64,000 bases of DNA from Octopus sinensis (Eukaryota). Within the stretch, counting starts at the first letter, position 1. Each line of letters begins with the position of its first letter. The DNA is taken from NCBI RefSeq assembly GCF_006345805.1, contig NC_043026.1:3038001-3102000 (forward strand), given 5' to 3'. Positions 35,303-49,039 of the stretch are shown here, piece after piece. A model generated the notes under the pieces. That model was not told the origin of the DNA, did not search any database, and saw nothing but the letters and a program-made list of their open reading frames with translations. The position numbers and the translations under genes are program-made.

Positions 35303-36461
35303 AAGTACTTATTTTACCAACTGATACTTACTTTACCAACTGATTCTTATTTTACCAACTGATTCTTATTTTACCAATTGATAGTTATTTTATGAATTGA
35401 TTCTTATTTTACCAACTGATACTTATTTTACCATTTGACTCTTATTTTACCAACTGATTCTTATTTTACCAACTGATTCTTATTTTACAAACTGATACTT
35501 ACTTTACCAATTGATACTTATTTTACCAATTGATTCTTATTTTACCAACTGATACTTATTTTACCAACTGGCACTTACTTTACTAAGTGGTATTTATTTT
35601 ACCAATTGATTCTTATTTTACCAACTTATACTTATTTTACCAACTGATTCTTATTTTACCAACTGATTATTATTTTACCAACTGATTATTATTTTACCAA
35701 CTGATACTTATTTTAGCAACTGATTCTTATTTTACCAACTTATTCTTATTTTACCAACTGATACTTATTTTACCAACTGATTCTTATTTTACCAACTGAT
35801 ACTTATTTTACCATTTGACTCTTATTTTACCAACTGATTCTTATTTTACCAACTGATTCTTATTTTACAAACTGATACTTACTTTACCAATTGATACTTA
35901 TTTTACCAATTGATTCTTATTTTACCAACTGATACTTATTTTACCAACTGGCACTTACTTTACTAAGTGGTATTTATTTTACCAATTGATTCTTATTTTA
36001 CCAACTGATACTTATTTTACCAACTGATTCTTATTTTACCAACTGATTATTATTTTACCAACTGATTATTATTTTACCAACTGATACTTATTTTAGCAAC
36101 TGATTCTTATTTTACCAACTTATTCTTATTTTACCAACTGATACTTATTTTACCAACTGATTCTTATTTTACCAACTGATACTTATTTTACTAACTGACT
36201 ATTATTTTACCAACTGATACTTATTTTAGCAACTGATTCTTATTTTACCAACTTATTCTTATTTTACCAACTGATACTTGTTTTACCAATTGATTCTTAT
36301 TTTACCAACTGGCACTTACTTTACTAACTGGTATTTATTTTACTAACTGGTATTTATTTTACTAACTGATTCTTATTTTACCAACTGATACTTATTTTAC
36401 CTACTGATTCTTATTTTACCTACTGATTCTTATTTTACCATGTTATTCTTATTTTACCAAT
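35303..36461. repeat. 19-bp minisatellite (CCAACTGATTCTTATTTTA)n with a 380-bp higher-order repeat
   Basis: Diagnostic variants recur 380 bp apart: CCATTTGACT at 35431/35811 and GCACTTACTT at 35571/35951. Confidence 0.95.
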
Positions 36462-37056
36462 GCCAAAAGTATGACAAGCGAAATCAACTTTGGTGGAATT
36501 TGAACCCAGAACATAGAGAAGCAGAAGAAATACTGCTCTGTCTGACTCAGTAATGATTCTAACAACTTGCTGCCTTTGAAAACCCATTAGAAGGCAGTGA
36601 ATTAGCAGAGTCATCAGTGAGTTGGATAGGCTGCTTCGTGGTAGTTATTCTGACTCCCAGCATTTTGAGTTCAAATCCTGCTGAAGTCATCATTGTTTTT
36701 CATTCTTTCAGGGTTGATAAAAAAGAACCAATCCAGGGGTTGCTGGGATTGTTAAAGAGTTGGTGAAATGCTTTGAAGAATCTGTTCCAGCTCCTTGTGT
36801 TTTGACACTAGTACCAAACTGTGCTCATCCGAGCTGGTGACCCTTCCCTTGGATAAACATGGAGGGTGTGGAGAAGGGAGACGTGCATGCTTGGACAACA
36901 GCCAATATCACCCAAACTGTCTTAGCCAGACCTGAAAATACATTTGCAGCTGTGCAGTCAACATTCATTGGTGGTGGCCATGCAATGTTGTCCTAGATGA
37001 AGATATGACTAAAAGGGAAAAAAATGTTCAAATAGGCACAGAAGTATAATTATTAA

Positions 37057-37229
37057 TAGGCGCAGGAGTGGCTGTGTGGTAAGTAGCTTGCTAACCAACC
37101 ACATGGTTCCGGGTTCAGTCCCACTGCGTGGCATCTTGGGCAAGTGTCTTCTGCTATAGCTCCGGGCCGACCAATGCCTTGTGAGTGGATTTGGTAGACG
37201 GAAACTGAAAGAAGCCTGTCGTATATATG

Positions 37230-37262
<33 letters not shown>

Positions 37263-37485
37263 TTGTGTGTCTGTGTTTGTTCCCCTAGCATTGCTTGACA
37301 ACCGATGCTGGTGTGTTTACATCCCTGTCACTTAGCGTTTCAGCAAAAAGAGAACAATAGAATAAGTACTGGGCTTACAAAGAATAAGTCCCAGGGTCGA
37401 TTTGCTCAACTAAAGGCGGTGCTCCAGCATGGCCACAGTCAAATGACTGAAACAAGTAAAAGAGAGTAAAAGAGTAAAAAGAGTA
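37057..37485 (+). mobile_element. SINE family 1, full length
   Basis: Near-identical to 19039-19445. Confidence 0.85.
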
Positions 37486-37671
37486 TTTGCAAGATCCATT
37501 TGAATCAAGGAATTTTAATAATAAGGACCCCAAGTCAGTGTCAAGATTAGCCTATCCATGTGTGTGTCTGCAGTTCACAGCCTCAGGCCTAGATCAATGT
37601 CTATACAGATACACTTACACATACAGGCACATGAACAAATCAATATTGTTAGGAAATCATAAATTATATTG

Positions 37672-39500
37672 TGATTTTTTATTAGCCACAAGGGCCCAAC
37701 ATAGAGGGGGACAAACAAGGACAGACAACACAAAACATGGGGTACATATGAATAATTATGAAATAGAATATTTATAATGAATAGAATGGAATGGCTTATG
37801 ACCCCCTCCACAAAGCTCACAGCTTCATTTTACTGTTCTTTTATACAGTTTATAGTCTTTTTTTTCTTTTAAAATTTCTCGTCTGTTATAAGCTCAATCA
37901 ATTCCTCCGGTCCAACAACATTTGGCAGACTCTCATAACAGACGCAAATTCCTGTTCTCTTTATACTTCTGGGAAACAAATCTTCCATTCTTTCCACTCG
38001 GTCTTTGTCCAATAACACGACTTTCTGATCACTAAAATACATGTTCGGATCCAATTTCACTCATATTAATCCCTTCATTTTTGCTAACCTCTTTTCTAAT
38101 TCCATCTCCTTTTTTGTAAAACACCAACAATCTTAAATTCCTTCCTTTTGGTCTCCCTTCACGTTCCACATCTTCAATTTGCGTTGACAGTCTGTCCTTC
38201 CACTGATCTCTTCTGACATCCATTTCCTCCACCTCTACACTAGTCACTGTTTGCTCTGGTTCTTGCGTTCAATGTTCTGTCATTTCCATTTCCTCCCTTA
38301 TATTCTTTTTCCCTTTCTTTTTTTTCTTCGGACTTTTTGGTGTTGATTCCACATGCGTTCTCTTTCTATCTACGGTTAATTATTCTTTTTTCCTTCCTCT
38401 TTTTCACCCTTTTTTCCTTCTTCCTCTCTCTCTCTGCGTCGTTGCATACCTCTATCTCTTCAACCAGTAATTCTTTTGTGGGACACTCCTCTTGCATATG
38501 TCCCCCATATCCACTTTTGTCACATATTGGTGGTCTCCCTTTTCCTTCCTCTCTTTCATCCTTTTTTTCTTTTTTCTTCCTCTCTCTCTCTGCGTCATTG
38601 TAAACTTCTATCTCTTCAACTGGTGATTCTCTTAGGGGACACTTTGCTTGCATATGTCCCCTACTTTTGCACTAATAGCATACTGGAGGTATCCCCTCCA
38701 CCACGACTCTCAGTTGGGTCTCATCAAGGAGCACCAACTCCTCCGAAATGTTATTCAAATCTGGCAGGGTTATGTGTATCAGTGCTTCTACTCCATAACC
38801 CCACCAGTTAATATCTCTAGACTTCTCCACTTTGAGGATATCCACCTCTTCTTTGCAATTATATATTATGGCTGCTACCATCCTTTTTAGATCCATTTCC
38901 GGTGGCACATTTCCAATTCTAATTCTCGCAGCTCGTCTACTGCAGTATGTAGGTAGGAGTACCCACCTTGTTGTTTTCAATGCTGTTGTGGCATGTCTAC
39001 TCGCTTCTTCTTTGCTTTCAAAACGTACTTGTACAGTGGCGTACTTCCTCCCTCTTGTGTAGAAGGTAGTCCTGTCCTTTATTTCTTCTAGACACTGCTC
39101 TATATCCTCTATTTCTGCCACTTCAATCCTTTTTGTGGCTATGTTCCACATTCTGTAGGTGATGATTTTCCCCCCGCTTTTTGTACTGCATCTTTCAGCA
39201 GTATGATTCTCAGGCAGTCTCCTTCTTTTTTAAAACTTTCAAAATATTTTTTCAGATTTTTTTTATTAATTTTTACCTCCTTCAACAGCATCACGTCGGC
39301 AGACAGGCTTTTTACCTGCTGCTCGCACGTAAGACTCGGCTTGCATACCCAACACTGGGTAGCAACAAAACAATTTTCAAGAATTCAACAACAAAAATAT
39401 GCTCAACAGTAACAATTTTCAACAACAAAATTTTAATAACTTACAATATTATAACCGCCAACTCTGAAAAACCGACACTCAACTCTCAAAATTATAAATT
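37672..39500 (-). mobile_element. L1/Tx1-like element with a disrupted ORF1 (two zinc-knuckle-like motifs) and a 3' UTR, no RT seen
   Basis: 39151-38366 is one frame broken only by TAG at 38672-38674: VQVRFESKEEA..RIRIGNVPP..PPVCY*CKSRGHMQAKCP..PPICDKSGYGGHMQEECP; 3' end CCCTTGTGGCTAATAAA (AATAAA at 37678-37683). Confidence 0.65.
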
Positions 39501-41219
39501 ATAATGTTAATTTAAACAGGTAAACAGTTTTTCATGCTGTACAGTAATGTCAGGATGAATCCATTGCCAAAATGGGGGAATCTAGGAGTTATTAGCCAAA
39601 TCTGTGAAACTATAACAAATTGGCTAGATCCTAGCAAACCTTTATAAGCAGAGATAATTGCACCCACCTCACCGAGTTTTTTGGGTTGGATTCTGGAAGC
39701 TATGATTACTTGTTTCATTTACGCACATTCTGCTTTGTATTAGACATTTAGGGATTTATTTTATGTTCCAGGAATTCGCCAGAACTCTTGTCAGATTTAA
39801 AATACTTTCTGTGTCACATCTGGGTGAGTACAAAAACAATCTCTTATGTTATGATATTTATGTGAGTTTTGAACCCTGTATTTGTGGCAGGTTGTGTAGT
39901 AATTTTGCCAGCTTTTTTCTGTTAAGATAATTGTTAAAATTTGTATAAATAGCCAATGGGTGTATGAAATTAATTTTTCATGTAGCCAATTTTTTGTATT
40001 AGACAACTAACTGTAAATTTTGTCTAATAGTTACTCAGCTGCTTGTATGAAGCAGTTTTGTGTGAATTTAAAGCAAACTAGCTTTTTGTTTGACGATTTA
40101 ATTTTATAATTATAATTATTGATTGTGTCATGAACTTTTAGTTTAAATGGTTGCTTTGAGCTTAGATTTATTTATGCTTAGGTCCAAGGTTCAAAACCCA
40201 ATCTAGAACACCAAATTGATAGAAGACACGAAACCCACTGTTCGAAACCCGAGGTTTGGAAACCGAATTTGTACTAAAATAGAAATCCAAATTTTATGAA
40301 ATCCAGACATTTGGAAGAAATATTTTTGAAAAACCAAATTTGTGAGGCCAATTTTGGTGAAACCCAAAACCAGGATTTGGAGTCCGAATTCTGAACTGTA
40401 TATATGTTAACTTGGTAAATATTCTGACTGCACATCTGGTGTGCATCTGCTTTTTGTTCATGTATATATTTGTTTGTATGTAAACTGTTTTTTATGAAGA
40501 CTATTGTTAATAATATTTTAGAAAAATTTCATGGTGTGTTGTTGTTTTGGGTTAACTCTGACCTCATTGATTCTGTAAATTCAGGTTATGGCCCACAGGT
40601 CGTAACAATATACACATTCATATAAGTATACATGTATATGAAATTAGATACATGCCTGCTAGCATCTAGTTTCAGGATTCACTATTCCAGATCTGACATA
40701 GAGGCTTCAGGTGTAGTGTTTTCAGAAATGGGTTGAGCTTCCTCTTGCTGTTTCAGGTATGTTTTTTTATTAATGAATAAACTAATTACGTCATGAAAAA
40801 AAAAAACATTTTCTTCATGTAAATTAAAACTTTGGAAAAAATATCAAGATATTGCATGTGTGTTGACCCCCTAATTTTGGCAACAAGTATATATGTGTAT
40901 ATATATGTATGTATATATATATATATATACACACACACACATATATATATACATATATATATATGTGTGTGTGTGTGTATATGTTTGCATGTCTGAGTTT
41001 GTCGCCCCCAACATCGCTTGACAACCAATGCTGGTGTGTTTATGTCACCGTAACTTAGTGGTTCAGTTAAAGAGACCAATAGAATAAGTACTAGTCTTAC
41101 AAAGAATAAGTCCTGGGATCGATTTGCTCGACTGAAGGCAGTGTTCCAGCATGGCCACAGTCAAATGACTGAAACAAGTAAAAGAGTGAAGAGTAAAAAG
41201 AGTATATACATATATATGC

Positions 41220-41441
<222 letters not shown>

Positions 41442-41464
41442 TATATATATATATATATATACAT

Positions 41465-41772
41465 GGAGGTGCAATGGCCCAGTGGTTAGGGCAGCGGACT
41501 TGCGGTCGTAGTATCGCGGTTTCGATTCCCAGACCAGGCGTTGTGTGTGTTTATTGAGCGAAAACTCCTAAAAAGCTCTACGAGGCTCTGGCAGGGGGTG
41601 GTGATCCCTGCTGTACTCTTTCACCACAACTTTCTCTCACTCTTTCTTCCGTTGGCCTGCTCACTTGGCCAGCGGGGTGGCGTCATTTGAAGGCTAAAAC
41701 AATGTGAAGCACATTGTGACCAGCGATGTGTAGCAACATCTGATAGCCTGGTCGGTCACATGATCACGTGAT
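41465..41772 (+). mobile_element. tRNA-derived SINE family 4 within (TA)n
   Basis: A box TGGCCCAGTGG, B-box-like GTTTCGATTCC, tail GGTCGGTCACATGATCACGTGA; tail-only copy at about 26390-26508 and minus-strand head at about 62340-62485. Confidence 0.8.
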
Positions 41773-41989
41773 ATATATATATACATATATCTATATATAT
41801 ATATACTGAACTGGAAATGCGAGACATGTGTGACTGTGAAATATGCTTTAATTTCATTATGTCAAAGATAAATTTTGATAAATCAGTTGAAGTCAATTTC
41901 TTGGATGCACTTTGACCACAGTCTATGGGTCATTGTCATGAGTTCTGGTAGTTGGTGGATCCAGCATATCAAGATTGTAGGGCATGACA

Positions 41990-43100
41990 TGTTCAATACT
42001 GTGTATGCCCTCCCTGGGTGTTCAAAACAGCCATACACCATCAGTGCATGGGGCACATGAAGCAGTCCACAAAAACCATTGGCACTTGTGGCCACACCCT
42101 GAGGAAAGCTGACTCCAGTATCACACAAGCTATCAGCCTTGGGACCACCTGGTTCAGCCATCTCTGGATTTCATCCCACAGGTGTTCAATTGAGTTCAAA
42201 TCCAAGCAGAGTGTAGCCATTGCATGGTTCAGATGTGCTGCTGCAGGTAGTCCATGGTGACCCTGACCATGTGGGAGGGAGCATTGTCCTGCTGAAACAC
42301 ATGGCTATGGGGACATGCAAAGAAGAGCATGATTTAAGGTCTTAGGATCTGGTCAGTGTAGTGCTGCACTGTGATGCCATTCCCTTTGCCTGCGCCAACA
42401 TATTGGAACACATGGAACCCAATTCACTGATTCAGACCTACAAAACCTCAAACCATGATGTTTTGGCCACCCAACACATCTCTCTCCATGACATATGCAT
42501 CTCTGTAGCATTCACCCTTCCTATGCCACACCTTCACTTTGCCATCTGAGGTGGAAACGCAGTACCGGCTCTCATTAGAGTAGACTGTCAACCTCCATTA
42601 ATGATGCTGCCAATGTCAGAGCAGTGTTGTCCACTGTAGATGTGCCTGAGGGTGGCTGGCAGTGGGGACAGGCCCTCAAGCAGGACGACAGCAACACAGG
42701 TTGTTGGCAGTCAGTCGATGTCATACCATGTCGTTGCCAATGGGTTGCTGTCCAGTGCCAATGGTCTTGCAAGCTGTTACATGACTGGTTTGAAGCAATC
42801 ACTGAGGTGTTGCAGGTGGATGGAGCAGACCTGCCTGGGCATGGTTACGCAGGGTGCCCTTTGCAGGCATGGTATGCAGTGATGTTGTTATATCGCTGTT
42901 GCAGGCAACAGATGGTGCTGACATGAACATTGTAAGCTTTTGCAACAACCAGGGGATGCTGCTTTGCTTGCAATCGGACAATAGCTTCTTCCTCTGTGCT
43001 GCTGACAATGGGATCATACCTGATGCATCCAAATTATGAATGTCAGGAACACGGTTCAAGTTGATTTTCAAACCCATAACCTCCATCAGATGCAATGCAT
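41990..43100 (-). pseudogene. Tc1-like (DD34E-type) transposase pseudogene
   Basis: SNESRYCVSTSDGKVKVWHRKGE..GGQNIMV*G..YTDQILRP..VFQQDNAPSH; multiple stops and frameshifts. Confidence 0.75.
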
Positions 43101-43385
43101 TTCAGCTTTCATCACAATTGTTTGTGACTGCCACCTTTGGCATTCAACACACCTGTGTTTTGGCATCTCATTTCAGGGAAAGCTGAAAGGTTACTTGCAA
43201 TTTGGGTCTCAGCCTTAAACCAGCATGTCGTGGAATATTTACACTTACATACCCAAAATAAATTTTCAGAATTTACCATATAAAAATCACATTTGAAAAA
43301 ATCACATTTCTTTTGCAGTTCAATGTATATATATAAATATGTATATATTATCCAAAGTGTACAATATTATATATCCATAACGGCT

Positions 43386-43483
43386 CATCTTACCAGTCAG
43401 TTTCATGCTAGGGATTCAATGGAGTGTTAGGTAACAATCTGATTATACAATATAATTATATAACCCTACACTAATCAGAGGTA
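43386..43483 (-). ncRNA. decayed hammerhead-like fold (homologue of 4224-4307)
   Basis: TACCT-CTGATTA-GTGTAGGG...CCCTAGCAT-GAAA-CTGACTGG-TA-AGATG; G8 is lost. Confidence 0.4.
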
Positions 43484-43531
43484 GGTGATATATATATAAT
43501 CAAAATAAGCAACAAGGATATCCAAAGTAGT

Positions 43532-43617
43532 GTAGTACAATCGTTTCATGCTACTTCATTTTATTAAACACTGTAAGTATTACATCAGTTTAAAAATGTC
43601 GAGCAATCTTCAGCCAC
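43532..43617 (-). ncRNA. type I hammerhead ribozyme candidate (family D, third copy)
   Basis: GTGG-CTGAAGA-TTGCT..AGCAT-GAAA-CGATTG-TA-CTAC within a 43495-43745 copy of the 15190-15442 repeat. Confidence 0.7.
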
Positions 43618-43815
43618 ATATAGAATTTTTTAATTAAATGGACAATGTACATTTTTATACTTATTTCATTTGCCAACATTACAAAGAGGGTAGATATATA
43701 TAGAAAGAGAGGTTAATTTCATCATTAAGAACATGGCAGTAGAATGTCCCTTCTCCATCTGTAGATTTTTTATCACTGAGTACCATATTCATCTGTATCT
43801 AAATTTTGCTGATCT

Positions 43816-43889
<74 letters not shown>

Positions 43890-43911
43890 ATATATATATA
43901 TTATATACATA

Positions 43912-43970
<59 letters not shown>

Positions 43971-44024
43971 TATATATACGTTTAAATATTTGGCTAAACT
44001 GGCAATATGACCATTCCGAAATAT

Positions 44025-44072
<48 letters not shown>

Positions 44073-44074
44073 TA

Positions 44075-44135
<61 letters not shown>

Positions 44136-44167
44136 CATATATATATATATCTATACATAGATGTATG

Positions 44168-45035
44168 CATGGGCCAGGACGTCGGAGGGGTCCCCAGCAT
44201 CAGTGTCGGCGACCACAGCTTGCAGGTGGTGAATGAGTTCACTTACCTGGGATCGACGGTCTCCAGCAGCTTGTCCCTCGAGCCGGAGCTGAACAGACGG
44301 ATTGGGAAGGCTGCTGCTACCATGGCTAAGCTCTCCAGGAGAGTGTGGGAAAACAACATGCTCACAATAACCACCAAGATCGCAGTGTACCGAACCTGCG
44401 TGCTGAGCACCCTACTCTACGGCAGCGAGAGCTGGACAACATACACCCGGCAGGAATGCCGCCTCAGCGGCTTCCACATGCGGTGTCTTCGACGGATCCT
44501 TGGCATCTCCTGGAAGGACCGAGTACCAAACGGAGTCATCCTGGAACAGACTAATATGCCAAGCATGTATGCCCTCCTCGTGCGGAGACGACTGCGCTGG
44601 CTCGGACACGTCTGCCGCATGCAGGACGGTCGCATGCCTAAAGACATCCTGTACAGCGAACTCACCACGGGATCCCGACCCAAGGGACGTCCACAGCTAC
44701 GATACAGGGACGTGTGCAAGCGCGACCTGAGGACTGCCAACATCTGTGTGGACACGTGGGAGGAAACAGCTGCTGACCGCTCTGCCTGGCGTCGGACGGT
44801 GAGGAAAGGCGTTTCCATGGCTGAGGAGAGGAGAGCACAGCTGTGGTTGGACAGGCGGGACAGGAGGAGGACAACTGCAGCAACACCCCATTCGTGTGCA
44901 GCAACTGTACCAAGGACTGCCACTCTAGAATTGGACTGTGCAGTCACAGCAGACGCTGCACATCATCAAAGTAGGCCCCACCCTTGGCGCAACCCATTGT
45001 CTATGAAGAAAGACGGGGAATAAGAAAAGAATAAG
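44168..45035 (+). mobile_element. 5'-truncated RTE-clade LINE (RT thumb and C-terminal zinc finger)
   Basis: FTYLGST..LLYGSESWT..FHMRCLRRILGISWKDRV..RRLRWLGHVCRM..GRPQLRYRD, then shifted CSNCTKDCHSRIGLCSHSRRC; (AAGAAT)-like tail; inserted at a (TA)n tract. Confidence 0.92.
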
Positions 45036-45231
45036 AATATATATGGATGGATGGATGTGTGTGTATCAGCATTTAGTCTTTCATGAGTCAGAATAAAAAA
45101 CATGCTTTAAAAGAGAAACCGAGACATTATACTTCTCCATTGTTGCTCAGTTCATTCTTGATTGGTCAGAATGTTATCAGTATGTTCACACACTAACTAT
45201 TGCACTTGGCAACGTTGACAATTGCAGACGT

Positions 45232-45264
<33 letters not shown>

Positions 45265-45407
45265 AATTTAAATTTCTTTCTCATTTGTACGCTAAGTCGA
45301 ACCTATCTATGTAAGTATATATATTTATACTTATAAATTTATCGTTCATCATTTGAAAGTTCCCCCTTTTGCTTTCTTTCATTTTGCATGTATACATATA
45401 TACATAG

Positions 45408-45800
45408 TCATAGGAGTGGCTCTGTGGTAAGTAGCTTGCTTACCAACCACATGGTTCCGGGTTCAGTCCCACTGCGTGACACCTTGGACAAGCGTCTTCT
45501 ACTAAAACCTTGTGAGTGGATTTGGTCGACGGAAACTGAAAGAAGCCCATCGTATATATATATGTATGTATATATGTGTGTGTGTGTATATACGTTTGTA
45601 TGTCTGTGTTTGTCCCCCCAACATCTCTTGACAACCGATGCTGGTGTGTTTACGTCCCTGTAACTTAGCGGTTCAGCAAAAGAGATTGATAGAATAAGTA
45701 CTAGGCTTCCAAAGAATAAGTCCTGGTGTCGATTTGCTCGACTTAAGGTGGTGCTCCTGCATGGCCACAGTCAAATGACTGAAACAAGTAAAAGAGCAAA
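45408..45800 (+). mobile_element. SINE family 1
   Basis: Sequence identity to other copies. Confidence 0.8.
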
Positions 45801-46434
45801 GGAGTAAGTGTAAGCATAACAGGCTGAATACTGTTGTTTGGGAGAGACAAGAAAATGTCTCTAGCACCATCAGAGAGGTCAGCTGTCCTGATGATGTGAA
45901 TATCTCTGAAAAATCAAAGAGAAAAAAGCTTACAAGACAGACTTTCTGGATGGCTTTGTATATTTATTCTGCAACAGTGTCACATTGCAGAGATTACAGT
46001 TTTGGCAAGCTGCTATTCACATGTGGGATGCCACATGTGGGATGCCTTCCACAGAAATATGACACAAGCTACATTTTCACTTGCATCTTGGAACTCCAAC
46101 GCTTTCACTGTTTCTTTTGTTGATTTGGTATTTAGTAGCAATCTCCTATTCTTGAACTGCAAATGTGTGATGTGAGCCTTCTCTTCTCTTGGACATGTGA
46201 CTACCTGTATATATACATGTATGTATGTATGTATGTATGTATGTATGTGTCTATCTGTCTATCTTTATATATGTGACAGGCTTCTTTCAGTTTCCATCTT
46301 CTAAATCCATTCACGTGGCTTTGGTTGACCAGCAGCTACAATAGAAAGCCCAATGTGCTGAACCTGGAGATGTGTAGATGAGAAGAAAACATTATACCAC
46401 ACAGTCACACCTGTGCTTTATATATATATATATA

Positions 46435-46598
46435 AAGAGAGAGAGAGAGATAGATAGATAGATAGGTAGGTAGACAGACAAACAGATTGATAGATAGATA
46501 GGTAGATAGATAGATAGGTAGATAGATAGATTGATAGATAGATAGATAGATAGATAGATAGGTAGATAGATAGGTAGGTAGATAGACAGACAGATAGA

Positions 46599-46654
<56 letters not shown>

Positions 46655-46695
46655 TAGATAGATAGATAGGTAGATAGATAGATAGATTGATAGAT
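46435..46695. repeat. (GATA)n/(GACA)n microsatellite
   Basis: Direct reading. Confidence 0.95.
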
Positions 46696-46793
46696 GCAAC
46701 GATATACATGTGTGTGTGTATGTGTAAATATATCTATATATATCTATCTATATATCTATGCTAGCATGGAAAACGGATGCTAAATGATGATGA

Positions 46794-46833
<40 letters not shown>

Positions 46834-47100
46834 ACATTGCCAGATCAGATTGGAACCTGGTGCAGCCGCTGGCTCTCTAGACCTCAGTCAAACAGTCCAA
46901 CCCATGCCAGCATGGAAAACAGACGTTAAACGATGATGATGATGATGATGATGATATATCAAATTAAATACACAACTGAAAGCACTATTAATAGTTTCAT
47001 GCTTTTATGATACTTGAAGAGGCATATTTATAAAATATGCCATGTACCTTAAAGCAATCTTGCAGACTGTTTATGTGTTATATATAGATATATATATATA

Positions 47101-47179
<79 letters not shown>

Positions 47180-47309
47180 GCATACATGCATACATACGTA
47201 TACACACACATATGTGCACTGACATATGGTTGAGTGAGGCCATGAAGGTTTTGTCTCAACGAAACAAAATACCATAAGGCTTTCTATCCAAAGATTCGCA
47301 AATCCACTA

Positions 47310-47366
47310 CAGTAACAATACTACTACTACTACTACTACCACCACTACCACCACCACTACTACTGT

Positions 47367-47400
<34 letters not shown>

Positions 47401-47401
47401 T

Positions 47402-47440
<39 letters not shown>

Positions 47441-48890
47441 ATAATAATAATAATTAATAATAATATTAATGATAATAATTAATAATAGTAATAATAATAA
47501 TAATAATAATTAATAATAATTAATAATAATTAATAATAATAGTAATGATCATAATTAATAATAATAATAATAATGATGATGATGATGATGATAATAATAA
47601 TAATGATGATGATGATGATGATAATAATAATAATGATGATGATGATGATGATAATAATAATAATAATAATAATGATAATAATTAATAATAAGAAGAAAAA
47701 CAGCAGCAGCAGTTGTAATAAAATGATGATGGTTGTGATGGTGATGATGATTATAAAAAATGATTCTATTTTATATGTTTGTTTATTTTGATAACAATAA
47801 AAGCCCTCAACTCCTTCGTCTTTCTCGCGTGTCTGTGATGCGATGCAGTCTCCTCCACCAGATGGAGCTGACTATAAATAGAAACGTTGACACAGCTGGG
47901 ATGCAATTCTGCAATTTTACAGTCACAAGGGTTTCTTATGTGCTGTTCACACACGGGCACACACACACACACACACACACACATACAAGCACACACACAC
48001 ACTCACTCACATACAAGCACACACACACACACACTCACTCACATACAAGCACACACACACACACACTCACATACAAGCACACACACACACACACTCACTC
48101 ACATGCAAGCACACACACACACACACTCACATACAAGCACACACACACACACACTCACTCATATACAAGCACACACACACACACACTCACATACAAGCAC
48201 ACACACACACACACTCACATACAAGCACACACACACACACACTCACATACAAGCACACACACACACTCACTCACATACAAGCACACACACACACACTCAC
48301 TCACATACAAGCGCACACACACACACACATGAGCACACACACCACAGATACGCACCACACACACACACACACAGGAGCACACACACCACACACATACACA
48401 CACACACACACCACACACATACACACACACACACACACACATGAGCACACACACCACAGATACGCACCACACACACACACACACAGGAGCACACACACCA
48501 CACACATACACACACACACACACACTCACATACAAGCACACACACACACACACATGAGCACACACACCACAGATACGCACCACACACACACAAACATACA
48601 CACACACATACACATACACGTGTACATGCACATCAAATAGACAGACACATTCACACAGATATGCACACATGCACACACACACACATGCATATCATACATA
48701 CATACACATTCAAACAGATGTACATACACACACAAATCACACAGACACACACACACTCACACACACATGCATACACACACAAATACATACATATATACAT
48801 ATATACAGAAAGACTCTTACATTTACATACATACATACATACACACATATATATATATATATTTATATATGTATGTATGTATGTATGTAT
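47310..48890. repeat. compound (TAC)/(TAA)/(GAT) tract (47310-47760) and a (CA)-derived minisatellite containing CTCACATACAAGC (about 47955-48890)
   Basis: Direct reading. Confidence 0.9.
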
Positions 48891-49039
48891 ATACTTTATT
48901 AAAAAGTAGCAAAATATCACAAAAATATAAATTTTTGTGATTTTTTGCTGGTTTTTTAATAAAGCATCTTACTCTACCTCTGGTATCCAATCACTATTTT
49001 TTCCACCTTGTTTCGAATTTATTTGCTTACTCTGGTATA

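Noticed and set aside
35303-36461. Regular short repeat array resembling CRISPR
   Set aside because: Head-to-tail monomers with no unique spacers, no cas genes, eukaryotic context.
40676-40756. AG...GTATGT-bounded candidate coding exon
   Set aside because: Stops in all three plus frames; could only be non-coding, and there is no further support.
41465-41535. tRNA-like sequences (also 8985-9052, 13355-13425, 21208-21275)
   Set aside because: A/B boxes are present but no complete cloverleaf, and they continue into SINE bodies; treated as SINE heads, not tRNA genes.
45888-45925. CTGATGA...GAAA spacing suggestive of a hammerhead
   Set aside because: No convincing stem I, II or III pairing.
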